A stretch of DNA of 64,000 nt from Candidatus Bathyarchaeia archaeon. GTDB taxonomy: Archaea; Thermoproteota; Bathyarchaeia; 40CM-2-53-6. Below are positions 9,319 through 19,884 of this stretch, one piece after another. Positions within the stretch are counted from its first letter, which is position 1. Every line of letters starts with the position of its first letter. The notes under the pieces are model-generated. The model ran no database searches, was not told where the DNA came from, and saw nothing but the letters and a program-made list of their open reading frames with translations. A program made the translations under genes and the position numbers. The DNA is taken from positions 496,935-560,934 of the forward strand of contig JBEKVV010000002.1 of the NCBI GenBank assembly GCA_049513715.1. The letters run 5' to 3'.

Positions 9319-9696
9319 ATGGTCATCAATGAAGGCGTGTTGAGCGGAAGATCTTACAGGCTCCCCCTTGAACGTGTAACATCGGTGATAGTAGAGCGCA
9401 AGAGTGTGGTCCCATTTGCCACAGGCACAATCATCGCCGCAATATTCACATTGGTCACGAAATACAACGCCCTGTGGTTTCTGGTGAACTTGACAACGAA
9501 CCGTGCAGGACAGTTGAGCTCGCTGGGCGTTTTGGCATGCATCATCTTCGCAGTTCCGACGCTAACGCGTTCGCTATTTGTGCACGTTAATGTGACTTGG
9601 AGTGGCCAGCCCGCTTCTTTTCATCTGGGGTTTGTTTCTGTAAAGATGGGAAGGCGGCTGGCTAGGCGTTTTCAAGAGTTGTCTGCAGGGAGCTAG
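9319..9696 (+). CDS. Hypothetical 2-TM membrane protein
   Basis: Two hydrophobic segments. ATG 9319 is preferred over the 9244 start because TTAAG lies at 9272. Ends 10 nt before trmI. Confidence 0.6.
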   Translation: MVINEGVLSGRSYRLPLERVTSVIVERKSVVPFATGTIIAAIFTLVTKYNALWFLVNLTTNRAGQLSSLGVLACIIFAVPTLTRSLFVHVNVTWSGQPASFHLGFVSVKMGRRLARRFQELSAGS

Positions 9697-9706
9697 GGTT
9701 CGAAAC

Positions 9707-10513
9707 ATGGACAAGATTATTGCTGAGGGTTCACTCATACTCCTGCACTTCGATTTGAGGCGACAGTGGCTCCTCCGCGTCGTAGTAGGTAGGGATTTCC
9801 ACTCACACAAGGGCTACATCAAGCTAGGGGATTTGGTTGGGAAACCCTTCGGCTGTGAGATTACCAGTTCAACTCTCGACAGGTTCTGGGCTTTGAGGCC
9901 CACAACGCATGACCTGATAATGCATACCGTCCGGCAAACGCAGATCATGTACCCGAAGGATATTGGGCTCATAATCCTCAAACTCTCCTTAACCTCTGGC
10001 GCCAAAGTGCTCGAGATAGGCACTGGGAGCGGAGCAATGACGGTTGCGGCTGCTATGGCCGTGAGAGAGTCGGGGCATGTGGATACCTACGAGGTGAGGC
10101 CTGAGTTCGTGGAAATTGCGGAGAAGAACCTGAAACGCGCTTCGCTTGCAGAATATGTGACAATTCACCAGACAGATGCGGCGAAGGGTATTGAGGGTGA
10201 AGGGTACGACGCTGCTATTATTGATGTGGGGGACCCTTGGCCCCTCATTCCTCTAGTTCACGGCGCCTTGTTAGGGGGGGCACCCGTAATGTCATTTAGC
10301 CCCACCTTCAACCAGGTGGAGCGATCCACGGAAACCTTCGGTAAGGTTGGTTTCGTGAATGTGCACACGTTGGAATGTTTCATTCGCGAAATCCGGGCAG
10401 AGACTGGAAGGACGCGGCCCGCCACCATGATGATTGGGCATACGGGATACATGACCTTCGCCCAGAAGGTTCTTCCTCCAACAAGCGAGCAGTCTAAACC
10501 TTCCCCCGCTTAA
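9707..10513 (+). CDS. trmI: tRNA (adenine-N1)-methyltransferase (m1A57/58)
   Basis: FHSHKG, TQIMYPKD, LEIGTGSG, DVGDPW, FSPTFNQV, IGHTGY motifs. Confidence 0.93.
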   Translation: MDKIIAEGSLILLHFDLRRQWLLRVVVGRDFHSHKGYIKLGDLVGKPFGCEITSSTLDRFWALRPTTHDLIMHTVRQTQIMYPKDIGLIILKLSLTSGAKVLEIGTGSGAMTVAAAMAVRESGHVDTYEVRPEFVEIAEKNLKRASLAEYVTIHQTDAAKGIEGEGYDAAIIDVGDPWPLIPLVHGALLGGAPVMSFSPTFNQVERSTETFGKVGFVNVHTLECFIREIRAETGRTRPATMMIGHTGYMTFAQKVLPPTSEQSKPSPA

Positions 10514-10675
10514 GCCCCGTCTCTCAAACCCATCTATTCGTCACGACAGGGAATACGAAGGCTGCTGTTTGAGGAAATCAATGAACCAATCCGAATGCAA
10601 GTCGCGTATGCACTCTACGCAAAGCCTCGTGAGTGAGTGAGAAATGTCTACTGTCAGAGGTTGGCTGCTGTGCCT

Positions 10676-11053
10676 CTATCTTCCTGCCTCGATGAGTTCC
10701 AGCCAATTCCCGTCTGGGTCCTTTATGAAGGCGATTTTCGAGGTTGAGCCTTGCAATGAGAAGGGTTCCATGGCGATTGTCACACCCTTGCCCTTGAGTT
10801 CTCTAACCGTGGCGTTTACGTCTTCAACCCCGAAGGCAATATGATCGAAATTGTCGCCCTCCATCAATGTTTTCTTGTCGCGCCAGTGTGTCAACTCGAT
10901 TGCTGCACCATCTTTGTCTTTGAGAAAGGCGATCTCTGCGTTATTCTGTTTCACCTCTCGACGGCCTTCCAACTGGAGCCCTAGGTGGCGAGTGTAGAAT
11001 TCAATGGACGTCTCTAGGTCAGATACGTTCAGGCAGGTATGCAGAAGCCTCAC
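10676..11053 (-). CDS. VOC family / lactoylglutathione lyase-like protein
   Basis: LHTCLNVSDL, IELT, DHIAFGV, FIKDPDGNWLEL. Confidence 0.88.
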   Translation of the reverse strand: MRLLHTCLNVSDLETSIEFYTRHLGLQLEGRREVKQNNAEIAFLKDKDGAAIELTHWRDKKTLMEGDNFDHIAFGVEDVNATVRELKGKGVTIAMEPFSLQGSTSKIAFIKDPDGNWLELIEAGR

Positions 11054-11124
11054 AGGAAAATCCCGAGGTTAAGTTAGAATGAGCTTGGATTTATGTCAGC
11101 AGGTTCTGCGGATAAAGAGAGGAA

Positions 11125-11149
11125 GGGTAAGGATTTTTCTTCCTTACCC
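11125..11149 (-). terminator. Hairpin terminator downstream of gdhA
   Basis: Perfect 9-bp inverted repeat GGGTAAGGA-N7-TCCTTACCC, followed on the minus strand by a pyrimidine run. Confidence 0.6.
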
Positions 11150-11185
11150 ACTTTCGTCCGTGATGTTGCAGTCGAGGTTGTCAGT

Positions 11186-12547
<1,362 letters not shown>

Positions 12548-12660
12548 TTACACCAATGTTTTTTGAAGTGTCAAACCTGCCGCTTCTCATTATGTATAAA
12601 CGCTGTGGCAAGCTTTTATTTCGCGAAATGAGAATCAGCCACGCTTGGTTCGGGTGAACA

Positions 12661-12867
12661 TTGCTGTCAGAAAAGTCGGAGTCTAAGAAACGTGGAATGA
12701 TTCATGTTGCTCTTGCAATTGTGGCTGCAGCTTTGATTATGTCGCCTAGCTACTTGGCTGATATCATGCTCAAGAGGCTGAAGCTCCCGATAGCAGCGGT
12801 TGCCGTGATTTCGCTCGCGCTCTTCATAATCGGCGTCTACCTTGTAGTAAGATTGGTAAAAGACTAA
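12661..12867 (+). CDS. Small 2-TM membrane protein
   Basis: 68 aa, two hydrophobic helices, GGTGA upstream. Confidence 0.6.
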   Translation: MLSEKSESKKRGMIHVALAIVAAALIMSPSYLADIMLKRLKLPIAAVAVISLALFIIGVYLVVRLVKD

Positions 12868-12879
12868 CTGCAGGCTTCC

Positions 12880-13683
12880 TCAGAAAATTCTCTGAAGCAG
12901 AAGATACGTGTAGGCTGTAAGCCCTACTGAAACGGCGAACAGGACTGCCCAGTATTGGCGTTTCCACGTGAAGACCTTCCTTCCATCAAAGACAGAGAAC
13001 GGTATCAAGTTGAACAATGCCAAGAAAGCGTTGATAGCAGCCCCGTAGAGCAGGGCCGCGTAAATCAGTCCTCCACGGAAGATTGGCAAAAGGATAAGAA
13101 GGCTTGCAGTGATGATTATGTTGACCATGGGCCCTGCAAAAGCGGTGCGGCCCATTTTGTCTTTGTCCGCGAGGCCTGAAATCACTACGGCTCCAGGTGC
13201 GATGAATTTTAGCGGTGAAACAATCGAGAGGGCCGTGAGCAACAGACCCGTCATGTTCAGACGAAATTCAGCCCACAAGCCGTAGCCCTGCGCAACATAT
13301 TTGTGCGAAAGCTCGTGGAGAATAAAGCCCATGGCGAACAGAACAGTGGCCACCCCCAGTCCCACTATGCTCACCTCAAGTGGGCTTCCCACAAAAAACG
13401 AAACACCCGCAGCCGTCACCAACGCTGTGCCCACGATCAAATGCCGCACCTCGGTTTTGCTGAATTTGACGGTTCGGCGTTGTGGTTGAATCAGCGTACT
13501 CCGTGTTTCTGTTGAAAGCTGGAAGGGTGACGCATTTGCTCTAGCTGACCTAATTGCTTTTACGCGCCAAGTTTCGCTACAGTCATGATTCTCAGGGAGC
13601 CTGTGTTCCGGGCAATAGAAATGTTCGCAGTAGTTGCACTTGAATGGTAGGTCAACTTCGACGCCGCAAGTTGCGCATTTCAA
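12880..13683 (-). CDS. AN1-type zinc finger fused to M50 (site-2) intramembrane metalloprotease
   Basis: CxxC...CNYC..FYCPEH..PENHDC; HELSH, AGP, NLIP...DG. Confidence 0.9.
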   Translation of the reverse strand: MKCATCGVEVDLPFKCNYCEHFYCPEHRLPENHDCSETWRVKAIRSARANASPFQLSTETRSTLIQPQRRTVKFSKTEVRHLIVGTALVTAAGVSFFVGSPLEVSIVGLGVATVLFAMGFILHELSHKYVAQGYGLWAEFRLNMTGLLLTALSIVSPLKFIAPGAVVISGLADKDKMGRTAFAGPMVNIIITASLLILLPIFRGGLIYAALLYGAAINAFLALFNLIPFSVFDGRKVFTWKRQYWAVLFAVSVGLTAYTYLLLQRIF

Positions 13684-13849
13684 CGGCTAAGTTCTCCATT
13701 CATGGAACTATGAGCTGGGTTCATACTTTTAATGTAAATGCTACCGTCGTCGGTTTCGTGGTACTTAGGAGACTGGCGATGGCCTCCATTTTTCGTCAAG
13801 AACTGTCGCCTACCTGACATCAGGCGTTGGCAAGCATCATGTACGCAGT

Positions 13850-15259
13850 TTATGCCGTCTGGTCAGTGGGATTGCCACGATAGGCGTCACTGGCTTCCCT
13901 GCCACGGCCGTGTACTTGGAGAAAGAGAACGACGAGCATTGGAATCAGGAGTAGCGCGATCCAAGCTCCATCAAGGAACTTGCTGGCACCGACGATAACG
14001 AAGGTTACCCCAGTCGCCAGAGCTCCTACAGCGTTCACAATGGCCTTAGGCTTCCACCCTTTACTGCGTTCGCGCCGCCAATGTATTACCATCCCAACCT
14101 GCGACAATGTCCAGGCCAAAAACACGCCTACGGCGAACAGCGGTATCAAAGCATGGCTGCTGCCTGAAAAGACCACGATCAACACCATAGCCGAGCCTGC
14201 GAGAAGCAAGATTCCGTTCGAAAAAACCGACCGCGAGTTCAACTTCATGAGTCGCTTAGGAAGGAAACCGTCGCCTGCCATGACGCTCATGAGGCGGGGC
14301 AAGCCCGCAAAACTGGTGTTTGCTCCTACAGTAAGAAGGATCATGGTAGAGACTTGGATGATGAGGTACAAGGGCCCGCTACCTAGAAGTCGGCGCGCGA
14401 GCGCGGACAAGATTGTTTCTTGCGGGCCTGCGACCACAGCAAGATACTGAACTAGTCCAATGCTACCCAGAAACAAGGTGCCCATCAAGAGCGCCATGAT
14501 AATCATTGTTTGCCCGGCATTCTTGGTTTCAGGAGGTCTGAAGGACGGAACACCATTACTGATCGCTTCAATGCCCGTCATAGCGGTGCATCCAGTCGAA
14601 AACGTATGCAACAACAGAACCAGGGTCAGAGGTTGAACAGCTGGTGGAGCACTGGCGGTTAGTGAGCCAGGGCCCTCAAGAGAAAGTCGCACTCCACCGT
14701 ATCCTAGCATGGGCAAATACGCAAACAAGAACAAGTAAACTGGAATCGCCATAACAATGCCACTCTCCCGCATTCCTCGTAAGTTCAACAGGGTTATGGC
14801 GCCCAGGAGCAAAAGTGACAGGATGACTCTGTATGACCACAGCTCTGGGAAAGCTGATGCAATAGCGTCCACGCCCGTTGTCAGACTCACTGCTACGTTC
14901 AGCAAGTAGTTGACGATTAGGGCGGCCGCGGCCATCAGCCCCGGGACAGTGCCCAATGTTGTCCGTGCAACCTCATAGGAGCCTCCGCCGCTGGGGTACT
15001 TTTGGACAATTTGATAGTACGATAAAGCCAGGACTGCGAGGAGTCCAGTGATAGCCAACGCGATGGGAAGGGCATATACTAGTCCTAGACTCCCAGCGAT
15101 TACCAAGCCTAGGTAAATTTCCTGGTCAGCGTAACCTATCGATGCCAAAGCGTCGGGCGAAAATGCCGCAAGAGCCTGTATCTTGCTTAATCTCCTATGC
15201 TCGTCCTCTCCGTCCTTCAAGGTGCCCGCTCCAGTCCGTTCTACTTTCCAAGAGGCCAT
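13850..15259 (-). CDS. KimA/YdaO-like APC transporter lacking the cytosolic C-terminal domain
   Basis: SPDALASIGY, YPSGGGSY, TGIEAISNGVP, ANTSFAG.PRL, LIPLFAVGVF, KFLDGAW; stops about 25 aa after the last TM. Confidence 0.85.
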   Translation of the reverse strand: MASWKVERTGAGTLKDGEDEHRRLSKIQALAAFSPDALASIGYADQEIYLGLVIAGSLGLVYALPIALAITGLLAVLALSYYQIVQKYPSGGGSYEVARTTLGTVPGLMAAAALIVNYLLNVAVSLTTGVDAIASAFPELWSYRVILSLLLLGAITLLNLRGMRESGIVMAIPVYLFLFAYLPMLGYGGVRLSLEGPGSLTASAPPAVQPLTLVLLLHTFSTGCTAMTGIEAISNGVPSFRPPETKNAGQTMIIMALLMGTLFLGSIGLVQYLAVVAGPQETILSALARRLLGSGPLYLIIQVSTMILLTVGANTSFAGLPRLMSVMAGDGFLPKRLMKLNSRSVFSNGILLLAGSAMVLIVVFSGSSHALIPLFAVGVFLAWTLSQVGMVIHWRRERSKGWKPKAIVNAVGALATGVTFVIVGASKFLDGAWIALLLIPMLVVLFLQVHGRGREASDAYRGNPTDQTA

Positions 15260-15546
15260 TAAAGTGATGCTGCTTTGACTGTCGTTGGAAACCTCATGTA
15301 TTTATCTCCACAAGATTGGTTAGTGCGTTATTATTGTAACTAGTTCGACAGTTCCAATTCGGTCTTACATGCCAATCTTCGAATCAGTTGGCTTCGCTAT
15401 TTAGCTGAATCTCCACACTTCATTCCGGCTAAGATATCGCGAGGCGGAGCATCGTGAACATGAGGGGCTCCGGGCATTTTTCGGGGTGGAAAGGTACTCG
15501 TTTTTAATCCTGGTACAATACCATTGAGTTGCAATGAGGATCAACG

Positions 15547-15723
15547 TTGCCTAAGTGTGAAACTTGCGGTAGGGAGTTTGAGAAACTCGAAAAGTGTCAG
15601 TACTGCGAGAAAGAGTTTTGCCAAGAAGACTATCAGCAACACATGGCATGGGAACTACGCCACGCCGGCTTGGCTGAGGAGGAAGGCGCCTTCTGGAGGA
15701 AGAGGCGCGAAAGCCCCTCCTAA
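15547..15723 (+). CDS. 58-aa AN1-like zinc-finger microprotein
   Basis: TTG start with GAGGA upstream and TTTTTAAT at 15501; MPKCETCGREFEKLEKCQYCEKEFCQEDYQQH...; not in the ORF track. Confidence 0.7.
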   Translation: MPKCETCGREFEKLEKCQYCEKEFCQEDYQQHMAWELRHAGLAEEEGAFWRKRRESPS

Positions 15724-15817
15724 TGAACCAAAGCCTAATTCCTGCCGAACCTTCTATTGCTGAGAGAATCAAGCAGGCAGTTTTATTACCTCTGCCATGA
15801 AGGTACGCGTGAACATT

Positions 15818-16033
15818 ATGTCCAAGTACATGAAGCAAGAAGAGCGCGCGAGCATTCCAAAGCATCGGCATTGCGTAGTTTGCTCGACCCCAGTGTCGAT
15901 GGACAAAGAGTTCTGTGGTCCGAACTGCGAAGACCAATTCAAACGTGGAGAGCGGAAGAGGAAATACACTTTCATAGCGATTCTGTTACTGTTCCCCGTG
16001 CTGTTCCTTGTCCTGACTTTGCTTCGCAGGTAA
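15818..16033 (+). CDS. DUF2116-like Zn-ribbon protein with C-terminal TM
   Basis: HRHCVVC...FCGPNC, basic linker, C-terminal hydrophobic helix. Confidence 0.8.
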   Translation: MSKYMKQEERASIPKHRHCVVCSTPVSMDKEFCGPNCEDQFKRGERKRKYTFIAILLLFPVLFLVLTLLRR

Positions 16034-16109
16034 TGGCTATTCAATTCCTGTAACATAGTTCCCGTTAGCCGTCCCACATTTGGTACACTACTTTCTTTCG
16101 ATTGTCAAC

Positions 16110-16120
16110 TTTTAAATATA
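16110..16120 (+). promoter_or_regulatory. TATA box of the APC permease gene
   Basis: TTTTAAATATA about 40 nt upstream of TTG 16152, similar to TTAAG/TTAAA boxes 41-43 nt before the starts at 2424, 4672 and 7646. Confidence 0.6.
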
Positions 16121-16151
16121 CATCAGCCGCCCAACAGCGATTCGACGAAAA

Positions 16152-17879
16152 TTGTCTGAAAAGAAACTATTCGTAAGAAAAGCAACAGGGCTTGTCAGAG
16201 AAGTCGGTCCACTAACAGCGGTCATCATCATCCTCTGCAACACTATGGGTCTCGGGTGGCAGAAACGCGTCTTCCAGTTCACTGGTGCAGCTCCGCTACC
16301 AGAGAACCTCTGGGTTGCAGGAATTCCACCAATGGTTATGGCATTCCTGATCGGCGGAATAATCATAATGCTATCAGTTCTAACCTTCTCAATTCTGATT
16401 GCGGCAATGCCTCGATCAGGAGGAGGATACGTTGTCATCTCAAGGCTTATCAGTCCACTTTGGGCCTTCATCGGCTCTTGGTTCGAGTTTCTCAGCATCT
16501 CATGGTCCTTCGGGATCATAGCGGTCGCTGTTTTTGAAGGAATATACTTCATATTTGGACCAATAGTCGGCGTTACGGCAGCTGGAGTCAATGACGTCTT
16601 CCTATTCGCAGGAGGTCTCGCGCTCGTCGTACTCTTCACGGTCATCGGATCCCTAGGGGTAAGAATGGCAGGATACCTTCTACAAGTGATGTTCTGGATT
16701 CCAGCAATCCTAACCGTCTACGTAATCTACTTGCTAGCAACCTCAGTAAGCAGCCCGGCTTCACTAGCGGCAGGAATCGCAGCATTCGGTACGAGTCAAG
16801 GCATGCCAGGCCTAACAGCTGACATGTACGTCAAGGGAGCCTTGGCACAAGGCATGGATGTGGCTAATGTCGGAAACTACTGGAGCGCAGTCTCCACCGC
16901 CATGATCGGCGCATACTTCGCATACATCGGCTATGCAGCATCAACATTCGTCGCTGGCGAGGTGAAGGAAGCAAACAAGAGCCTACCAAAGGTTCTACTG
17001 CTATCCTCAGTGGTCATCATGGTCATGTACATGGTGGTCTCGTCCTTCGGAGCATACGCAGCGGCGGCACTCGGGCGCGTGACCCTAGCTAACGGCAACA
17101 CGTGGTCATTCTTCGAGGCCTACTCATACCTATCCTACGGCGCAGGCAACCTAGCCAAAGCAGGTGTTCCAGCAGTAAAGGCATGGACAACAACAATCGC
17201 AGCATTCACAGGACTCGGTCTAGGTCTTGGCTCACTCAACTGGCTGCTCTTCATATTCGGAGTACTCTGGGTCGCCAACGACATTCCACCCTTCATATTG
17301 ACTGCATCTCGTATCCTCTTCGCCATGGCATTCGACAGAGTTCTTCCAGGATCCTTTGCAGCCGTGAACGAGAGATTCCACTCACCAGTCAACGCAACGA
17401 TAGCCACAGGAGTCTTCGGCCTGCTCGGAATCTTCTCAGAATCCGGAATAGCATCTAACGGGGGCAGTTGGAACCCTGGTGGAGCCGCAGGCGGTCTAAT
17501 GAACAGCATCTTCAGCATTGGCGTAGCCAGCACAGACCTTTTCGACGCAGTCTTCTTCACTCTCTTCGCTTTGGCCCTCGTCGTTCTACCTTTCAGAAGG
17601 CCGAAGATATTCGCGACTGCACCGTTCAAGATCGGTGGCAAAATGGGCACGGCATTCATCGGAGTGTTGGGTGTCGCAGCGAACTTGGTCTTGGACTGGA
17701 TGATCCTAACAGCACCGCAAGACAGCTACAACATACTCGCCCCGACAATGGATAACTGGTTCGCCATAGGCTTCACCCTGCTGCTCGGCGTATTGGCCGC
17801 AGTGGTGTACTGGTACTACAAGTTCGCCAAGAAAGACGTCGACTACTCAACAATCTTCACAGAAATTCCGCCCGAATAA
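16152..17879 (+). CDS. APC family amino-acid permease
   Basis: LFVRKATGLVRE, AAMPRSGGGYV, AGEVK, SRILFAMAFDRVLP, FTEIPPE C-terminus. Confidence 0.92.
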   Translation: MSEKKLFVRKATGLVREVGPLTAVIIILCNTMGLGWQKRVFQFTGAAPLPENLWVAGIPPMVMAFLIGGIIIMLSVLTFSILIAAMPRSGGGYVVISRLISPLWAFIGSWFEFLSISWSFGIIAVAVFEGIYFIFGPIVGVTAAGVNDVFLFAGGLALVVLFTVIGSLGVRMAGYLLQVMFWIPAILTVYVIYLLATSVSSPASLAAGIAAFGTSQGMPGLTADMYVKGALAQGMDVANVGNYWSAVSTAMIGAYFAYIGYAASTFVAGEVKEANKSLPKVLLLSSVVIMVMYMVVSSFGAYAAAALGRVTLANGNTWSFFEAYSYLSYGAGNLAKAGVPAVKAWTTTIAAFTGLGLGLGSLNWLLFIFGVLWVANDIPPFILTASRILFAMAFDRVLPGSFAAVNERFHSPVNATIATGVFGLLGIFSESGIASNGGSWNPGGAAGGLMNSIFSIGVASTDLFDAVFFTLFALALVVLPFRRPKIFATAPFKIGGKMGTAFIGVLGVAANLVLDWMILTAPQDSYNILAPTMDNWFAIGFTLLLGVLAAVVYWYYKFAKKDVDYSTIFTEIPPE

Positions 17880-17885
17880 ACAAGC

Positions 17886-17918
17886 CCCCTTCTCTTTTTC
17901 TTTTTTCTTTTCTCTTTT
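17886..17918 (+). terminator. Oligo-T/pyrimidine terminator
   Basis: About 30-nt C/T tract with T4-T6 runs directly after the stop. Confidence 0.7.
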
Positions 17919-18248
17919 GCATCATCAGCTATTCTTCATGACTCTCTGTGAGTCTTGGAACTGGGACTAGCGTCCTGTTGCATCGTCGGCAGTTTGTCGC
18001 ATTGATTTTCATGGGGACGAGTTTTCCAAGCATCAATGTGATTTGGACATCCTCGTGACCTAGGAAAAAGCACTGCAGTATTCTAAACATGCGAATAAGG
18101 GTCAATGGTGGGTCAAGGTCTCGTCGAAGTTGTATGAATCAAACAACCATGGTCGAGGATAAATCGCACTTACAACACGTATGTGCATGCTGGAAGTCCT
18201 TGGCATGTGTTTGGATTTGGCAGCAGATTTAAGGAGTCTCAGGGTGAA

Positions 18249-18836
18249 ATGAGGCGCGATCGTATTCTATTGCGCAGTGGATATGCGGGAAGTCTCGCGA
18301 TTGCTGCTGGTGCGTACATTGCCGGACTTGGCTGGGCCGCCTCACTTGGGCTCCTAGTTGGAGTAGCATTTCTGTCTAGGGCCTCCATATACCTATACTT
18401 TGAACGGTTCTTAGCTTTCAGAACATTCGAGGACTTCAGAGCAGAGAGGATAAGGCACGAGTGCATCGCATGCGGAGCTTCATGTCACTTGAAAGTAAAT
18501 CTTGGAAAAGATGATGTTGAACGCATTCTGAATTATGCAACAGAAAAAGGCATACGTGACACGGTCATTGAGAAGAGTGGAAGCAACTTCTGGTTAAAAA
18601 GACTGAGAAGTGGTGCCTGCGTCTTCTTGACATACGAAGGGGCGAGGCCCCGGTGTTCAATTTATCCTATTAGGCCCATGGCGTGCAGGCTCTACCCCCT
18701 GGTACCATCTGGAAACAGGTTGAAGGTCGATCCTCTCTGCCCAGGATTGAGCAGCACCCAAGGGCATACATTCAAGCAACATCTCGCCACCCAAGAAATA
18801 GGAGCATATGTCAGAAAAGCGACGGGAAAGATTTGA
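18249..18836 (+). CDS. YkgJ-like cysteine-cluster protein with N-terminal TM segments
   Basis: CIACGASC, CVFL, CSIYPIRPMACRLYP, CPG; ATG 18249 follows GGTGA. Confidence 0.8.
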   Translation: MRRDRILLRSGYAGSLAIAAGAYIAGLGWAASLGLLVGVAFLSRASIYLYFERFLAFRTFEDFRAERIRHECIACGASCHLKVNLGKDDVERILNYATEKGIRDTVIEKSGSNFWLKRLRSGACVFLTYEGARPRCSIYPIRPMACRLYPLVPSGNRLKVDPLCPGLSSTQGHTFKQHLATQEIGAYVRKATGKI

Positions 18837-18902
18837 CGCTCAACCCAAGAAGGTCAAATGTATATCTGAATGAAAGGGAACTAGCTACAGGGCATACTTA
18901 GA

Positions 18903-19877
18903 TTGGTTCGCGCCTCAAGGGTTCAAGTGTCCAGAATAGCCGTCTACTGGGCAGTGCTGACATTTGGCCTAGCTCTTTTCTGGACTGTTGCACTCAACGC
19001 ACTTGGGGTCAGTGGAGTTGGTCCAGCACTCACTCTCGTCGTTCCGATGGCCCTTGGTGGCGCAATTTCAGTTCTCTACTATTTCGCCCGTATTCATGTT
19101 GTTCTCGAATACGACGATCAAGGCTACCGAATCGTCAAAGGAAAGAAAAATGTGGAACCTCACAGCTGGTCGGAGTTCAAGGAGTGCTCACTGATCAGAG
19201 ATGCTTATGGAAGAAACAAGGTGCGGGCATACACGGAAAGAGACGGGAATCATATCGATATAGACACGTCAGCATGTGGTGCCGACCCATACGCTTTCAG
19301 AGACCTCATGGCTAATCACCTCAGGGCCCTCGGCTACTCAGAACAGCAATCGCGCTCAATGGCGATCTTTGCTGGACTCGAGAGGGAAATTCAACGCGGC
19401 CGGGCCACCTGGGTCGCGGACCTGAATGAGACATTTAGGGAGTACCAGCTGTCGGGAGAGCTTTTCCCTTTGATAGCAAGGGGCAGCACCCGGCCCAAAG
19501 GGTTCTTGCTGTCAAGGTTTGTTGCAGTGACCGTAATGCCAAACTACCAAGTCTGCCTCTACGCGGATGATATCAGCAGCGCAGACAAAGCCTCAAAATC
19601 ACACATCATGCGCCTTGTACGTCTTATTGAAACGCAACGTGATGAAAAGGACATCAAGTGGTCGTGGTTGTTACTCTTCCGCGATCGAGATCCACCGGAT
19701 TCGGTCAGCAGGCTGATTCAGGAATTTGGGAACAAAGATGTGGGTATCGGCTGCGTCGACATGAGCTCAGGCAACATGATTACTAGCGCCAATCAGCTGG
19801 GTACCAGTTTAAGGAAGGAGATGCGGTTTAACCGCCTAATTCGAGACTTGAAAAAACGAAACCTATTGAACGCGTGA
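18903..19877 (+). CDS. Hypothetical protein: 2 TM plus soluble domains
   Basis: 324 aa, N-terminal TM pair, then a beta-rich segment and an alpha/beta domain. Confidence 0.7.
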   Translation: MVRASRVQVSRIAVYWAVLTFGLALFWTVALNALGVSGVGPALTLVVPMALGGAISVLYYFARIHVVLEYDDQGYRIVKGKKNVEPHSWSEFKECSLIRDAYGRNKVRAYTERDGNHIDIDTSACGADPYAFRDLMANHLRALGYSEQQSRSMAIFAGLEREIQRGRATWVADLNETFREYQLSGELFPLIARGSTRPKGFLLSRFVAVTVMPNYQVCLYADDISSADKASKSHIMRLVRLIETQRDEKDIKWSWLLLFRDRDPPDSVSRLIQEFGNKDVGIGCVDMSSGNMITSANQLGTSLRKEMRFNRLIRDLKKRNLLNA

Positions 19878-19884
19878 GTCTTGA

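Noticed and set aside
15524..16077. ORF-track calls 15524-15763, 15551-15937, 15757-16053 and 15769-16077
   Set aside because: Better explained by the two Cys-motif genes at 15547-15723 and 15818-16033.
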